Translations under genes and position numbers: made by a program | Shown: piece after piece, positions 62,982 to 64,000 of the stretch | Layout: each line of letters opens with the position of its first letter | How positions within the stretch are numbered: position 1 is the first letter of the stretch | Assembly: GCA_051294905.1 (NCBI GenBank) | Contig: CM119386.1 | Coordinates: forward strand, 6,758,001 to 6,822,000 | Reading direction: 5' to 3' | Length of the DNA stretch: 64,000 nt | Source of the DNA: Botryllus schlosseri | Taxonomy: Eukaryota | The notes under the pieces: model-generated | Database searches by the model: none | Seen by the model: only the letters and a program-made list of their open reading frames with translations | Told to the model about the DNA's origin: nothing

Positions 62982-63387
62982 TAGGGTAATCAACCATATT
63001 TAGCAATCCGGAAAGGAGGGCAATTTTTTAAATATCATAAGAGTTAGTTGAAAACAGTTGATGTTGGAATATTTACTGGAAATCTTGTGTCGACAAACAA
63101 TTGGTCATCACTTTGACTCGGCTCATCAATTAACCGCTTTTTTGCGTTACGCTTGCGGTGTTGACTGAAAACAGAAACGTTCCAGTGAATCGACTCCCGA
63201 ACGACCGTAGCTCGAACGTCAGCATTGCTTATTTCTCGTCATTGTTGCCGATTTTCAGTTGGCCCTGTAAATTAGCCTAGGTGCAGAAGCTGTAAAGGAG
63301 CACGAATTGCCAAAAAGTGGTGCATTCAAGCGTCGCGTATGAGGACATTTTCAATTTCACGAAAATGAAGGACGTATGGTAAGCCTA
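62982..63387. mobile_element. MITE related to the TAGG(G/C)TTACCA family
   Basis: Ends tagggtaatcaaccata...gacgtatggtaagccta; tatgatatca repeated on both sides; absent in unit 1. Confidence 0.7.
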
Positions 63388-64000
63388 TATGATATCATAC
63401 ATAAAATGTTCAAAGATTTGTGATACCGAGTAAAAGTGATGCACATTGGCTTGAATACGTTCATAGCTAGATAAGCTCACGGAATCTCACATTCCGAGGG
63501 GTCCATGAAAGGCAAATGCAATCTTAGGGTCGAGACCAAAATGCCGAGTAATGAAATTTGGATTTACGGCGAATCTATGGATTGATCAATTCAGCGATTA
63601 GGTAGTAGATGATATCTAGTAATTAGGAAGTAGATGATCCTTGTCCATAACAGCAGGCTTTTCGTTAGTAATCAGCATAATTCGGAATCCTTGAATGAGA
63701 GCAGTAACTTTTGGATTTAGCTCAATGACGACCCATTTTCCCGCTGCCACCGCTCGTGCATTTTGTTACATCATGTTACCACCGCGCGCGACCCATACTG
63801 CGGTTAGCTCAATACTTACATATAACCTGTGACTGAAAAATGTCCGCATGATTCAATTATTGACTGTGCTACGTTGGACAATAGCGATATAGTTTCATCG
63901 ATGAACATTGATCAATCAGCATGCGCACTGCTCAGTGCAAAAGGCCTCAGTTGACACGAAGCAACCCGTCATCAATGCGTACCATACATAGGAAAGAAAC

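Larger units (their letters stand above)
51298..64000. repeat. Segmental duplication unit 3 (5'-truncated, runs off the window)
   Basis: Begins at the homologue of about 5900 (gataacatgacaacctcaagcc) and is collinear with unit 1 to the homologue of about 18900. Confidence 0.88.

Noticed and set aside
1-64000. Possibility that the three units are uncollapsed haplotypes of one locus
   Set aside because: There are three versions, each with private TE insertions, substantial non-coding divergence and shared older relics, which favours true paralogs. Long-read and depth checks are still advisable in a highly polymorphic species.

Overview
AT-rich animal genomic DNA with GT-AG introns, densely filled with transposons; the taxon cannot be fixed from sequence alone. 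The window is a tandem segmental duplication with three related units (about 1-18900, 23707-44510 and 51298-64000). Each unit carries a three-exon, + strand MARVEL-domain four-transmembrane gene (plasmolipin/MAL/CMTM-like). Copy 1 (7976-11402, 170 aa) is intact. Copy 2 (39775-44251, 180 aa) is intact but has a frameshifted C-terminal tail. Copy 3 (about 59084-62559) is a pseudogene: its start codon was lost next to a transposon and TM4 carries a TAA. The transmembrane segments are nearly invariant between copies, while the two short predicted extracellular loops are almost entirely replaced. A 41-bp tandem duplication in copy 3 preserves an extra, orphan loop variant. Upstream of each MARVEL gene, on the - strand, lie decayed exons resembling C-type lectin, fibronectin type III and Ig domains, apparently a dead multidomain surface-receptor gene that was duplicated with it. 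The remainder is nested hAT-type MITEs with 8-bp TSDs, Chapaev3-like elements, a 5.4-kb LTR element with no recognisable gag/pol, a deleted Gypsy, and LINE and Penelope fragments. Most ORFs in the supplied track are spurious. All alignments and translations were done by eye.
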